Origin: Clostridia bacterium
GTDB taxonomy: Bacteria > Bacillota > Clostridia > UMGS1883
Direction of reading: 5' to 3'
Length of the DNA stretch: 46,303 nt
Assembly (NCBI GenBank): GCA_045646985.1
Contig: JAZRLV010000033.1
Span: forward strand, 1 to 46,303
The notes beneath the pieces are model-generated. The model was not told the DNA's origin. It was given only the letters and a program-made list of their open reading frames with translations, and did not search any database. Shown piece after piece: positions 44,985 through 46,303 of this stretch; the stretch's first letter is position 1; each line of letters begins with the position of its first letter. Both the position numbers and the translations under genes were made by a program.

Positions 44985-46303
44985 TGGAAAATAAGTACAG
45001 CTTAAAAACAGCATTCCCGAATGCTCCGTGCAGTGAGGAGCTTTCCTGTGCAGAGGTTATAAATATTAGTGCAGATGTAAAAACACGCAGTATCTGTGCG
45101 CAGATATTTTTGGATAAAATAATTGATGCTGACGATATAGATAGCTTTCGTGAAGCGGTTATCAAAAACTATAATCTTCACGATTTTTCTCTTGATATAA
45201 AATTTAATAAGGAAAACATATCCCCAAACGATGCAATTACTTATTGCATTGATCTAGTTAAAAAAGAAAATCCCTTATGGGGGGCGATTTTTGACTGCTG
45301 CATAGTGGAAGAATCAGAGGATAAAATAAAGGTTTATCTGCGTCACGGAAATAAAGAAATTTTAGAAACAGACGGTGCAGATAAAAAGCTTTCCACCCTT
45401 TTAAAAAAGAATTTTGAATTGGAGAGGGAAATTGTTTTCGATAACGAGGAAATGGATGTTAAAACACAGCTTGCGCCTATTTGTGCACCTAAGGTAAGCA
45501 CTGCTCCGAAGAAGATTGTGTCTGTTGCCGCAGAGGGTGCGCTGATAGGAAAGCCGTTTACTGTGAATGACCTTATGCCTGTTTGCGATGTAAGCACAGA
45601 TATAGGTGCCTGCATGATATACGGCGAGATATTTAACATTGATGCAAGAGAAATTGCAAAAATTAAAAAGAGCATAATTTCGTTTTACATAACCGACTAT
45701 ACAGGCTCCGTTACGGTTAAATGCTTTGTACCGATTGCAGCGACGGAGGAGGTAATGGGTGCGTTAAAGAGTAACGGGTGTGTTGCGGTAAGGGGAAAAG
45801 CAGAATTTGACAGCTTTTCACGTGAGCTTACTGTTATGGCAAGAGATATCGTACCATATTCAATGCCGAAAGAATCAGATAATGCAGAAGAAAAGCGTGT
45901 CGAGCTGCACGCACATACAAAATCCTCCGCAATGGACGCCGTTGTAAGCGCAAAAGAGCTTGTAAAGCAGGCTATGAAGTACGGACACAAAGCCGTTGCA
46001 ATAACAGATCATGGGTGTGTTCAGGCGTTTCCCGAGGCATTCCATACAGCTGACGAAACAATTAAAATTCTCTACGGGTGCGAGGGATATCTTATTGAAG
46101 CAGGTGCGCCGCTTGTAAGAGAAACCAAGCGCTACCATATAATTATATTTGCGAAGAATCTGACGGGGCTTAAGAATTTGTACAAGCTCATAAGTGCGTC
46201 AAATCTTGAATATTTTCACCGACGGCCGCTTATTCCCAGAGATGTTCTTGATGCGCACCGTGAAGGGCTGATATTAGGCTCTGCGTGCGAGGCGGGGGAG
46301 CTT
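44984..46303 (+). CDS. polC: DNA polymerase III PolC-type, N-terminal 440 codons (runs off window)
   Basis: Not in the ORF track. Open frame from ATG 44984 with an OB fold (ITDYTGSVTVKCF) and PHP motifs KRVELHAHT, AITDHG, YGCEGY, GLKNLYKLIS and GSACEAGEL; ispG-polC synteny. Confidence 0.93.
   Translation, partial: MENKYSLKTAFPNAPCSEELSCAEVINISADVKTRSICAQIFLDKIIDADDIDSFREAVIKNYNLHDFSLDIKFNKENISPNDAITYCIDLVKKENPLWGAIFDCCIVEESEDKIKVYLRHGNKEILETDGADKKLSTLLKKNFELEREIVFDNEEMDVKTQLAPICAPKVSTAPKKIVSVAAEGALIGKPFTVNDLMPVCDVSTDIGACMIYGEIFNIDAREIAKIKKSIISFYITDYTGSVTVKCFVPIAATEEVMGALKSNGCVAVRGKAEFDSFSRELTVMARDIVPYSMPKESDNAEEKRVELHAHTKSSAMDAVVSAKELVKQAMKYGHKAVAITDHGCVQAFPEAFHTADETIKILYGCEGYLIEAGAPLVRETKRYHIIIFAKNLTGLKNLYKLISASNLEYFHRRPLIPRDVLDAHREGLILGSACEAGEL

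Overview
AT-rich chromosomal window from a Clostridia-like (Bacillota) bacterium, probably a gut or rumen spore-former. Left to right it contains: (1) the start of an F1Fo ATP synthase operon on the minus strand (atpZ-atpI-atpB-atpE-atpF-atpH'), whose c subunit has the Na+-binding signature; (2) trpS-tagO/wecA-wecB; (3) two adjacent palindromic MITE-like elements flanking a terminator; (4) a ~27 kb Wzx/Wzy surface-polysaccharide locus (6.5-33.4 kb). That locus holds PglF/E/D-like enzymes, a priming phosphoglycosyl transferase, an N-formyltransferase, a PIG-L deacetylase, a pyruvyltransferase with an FrhB-like Fe-S protein, three ATP-grasp enzymes, five glycosyltransferases, Ugd, a UDP-GlcA epimerase, a plant galacturonokinase-like GHMP kinase, and an embedded DctM-like transporter/LysR module. 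(5) Housekeeping genes follow: ABC-F, YaiI, rdgB, two small probable spore genes, ymfF/ymfH, lgt, an SLH/S-layer protein, ispG and the 5' part of polC. The most notable observations are: a mirror-symmetric array of ATGAATT heptamers separated by variable GNA-loop mini-hairpins (39585-39767); a candidate uronic-acid salvage route feeding the surface glycan; a PolC lacking the exonuclease insertion in its PHP domain; and three structured MITE-like elements with no transposase in the window. All calls come from motif recognition by eye; no searches were run.
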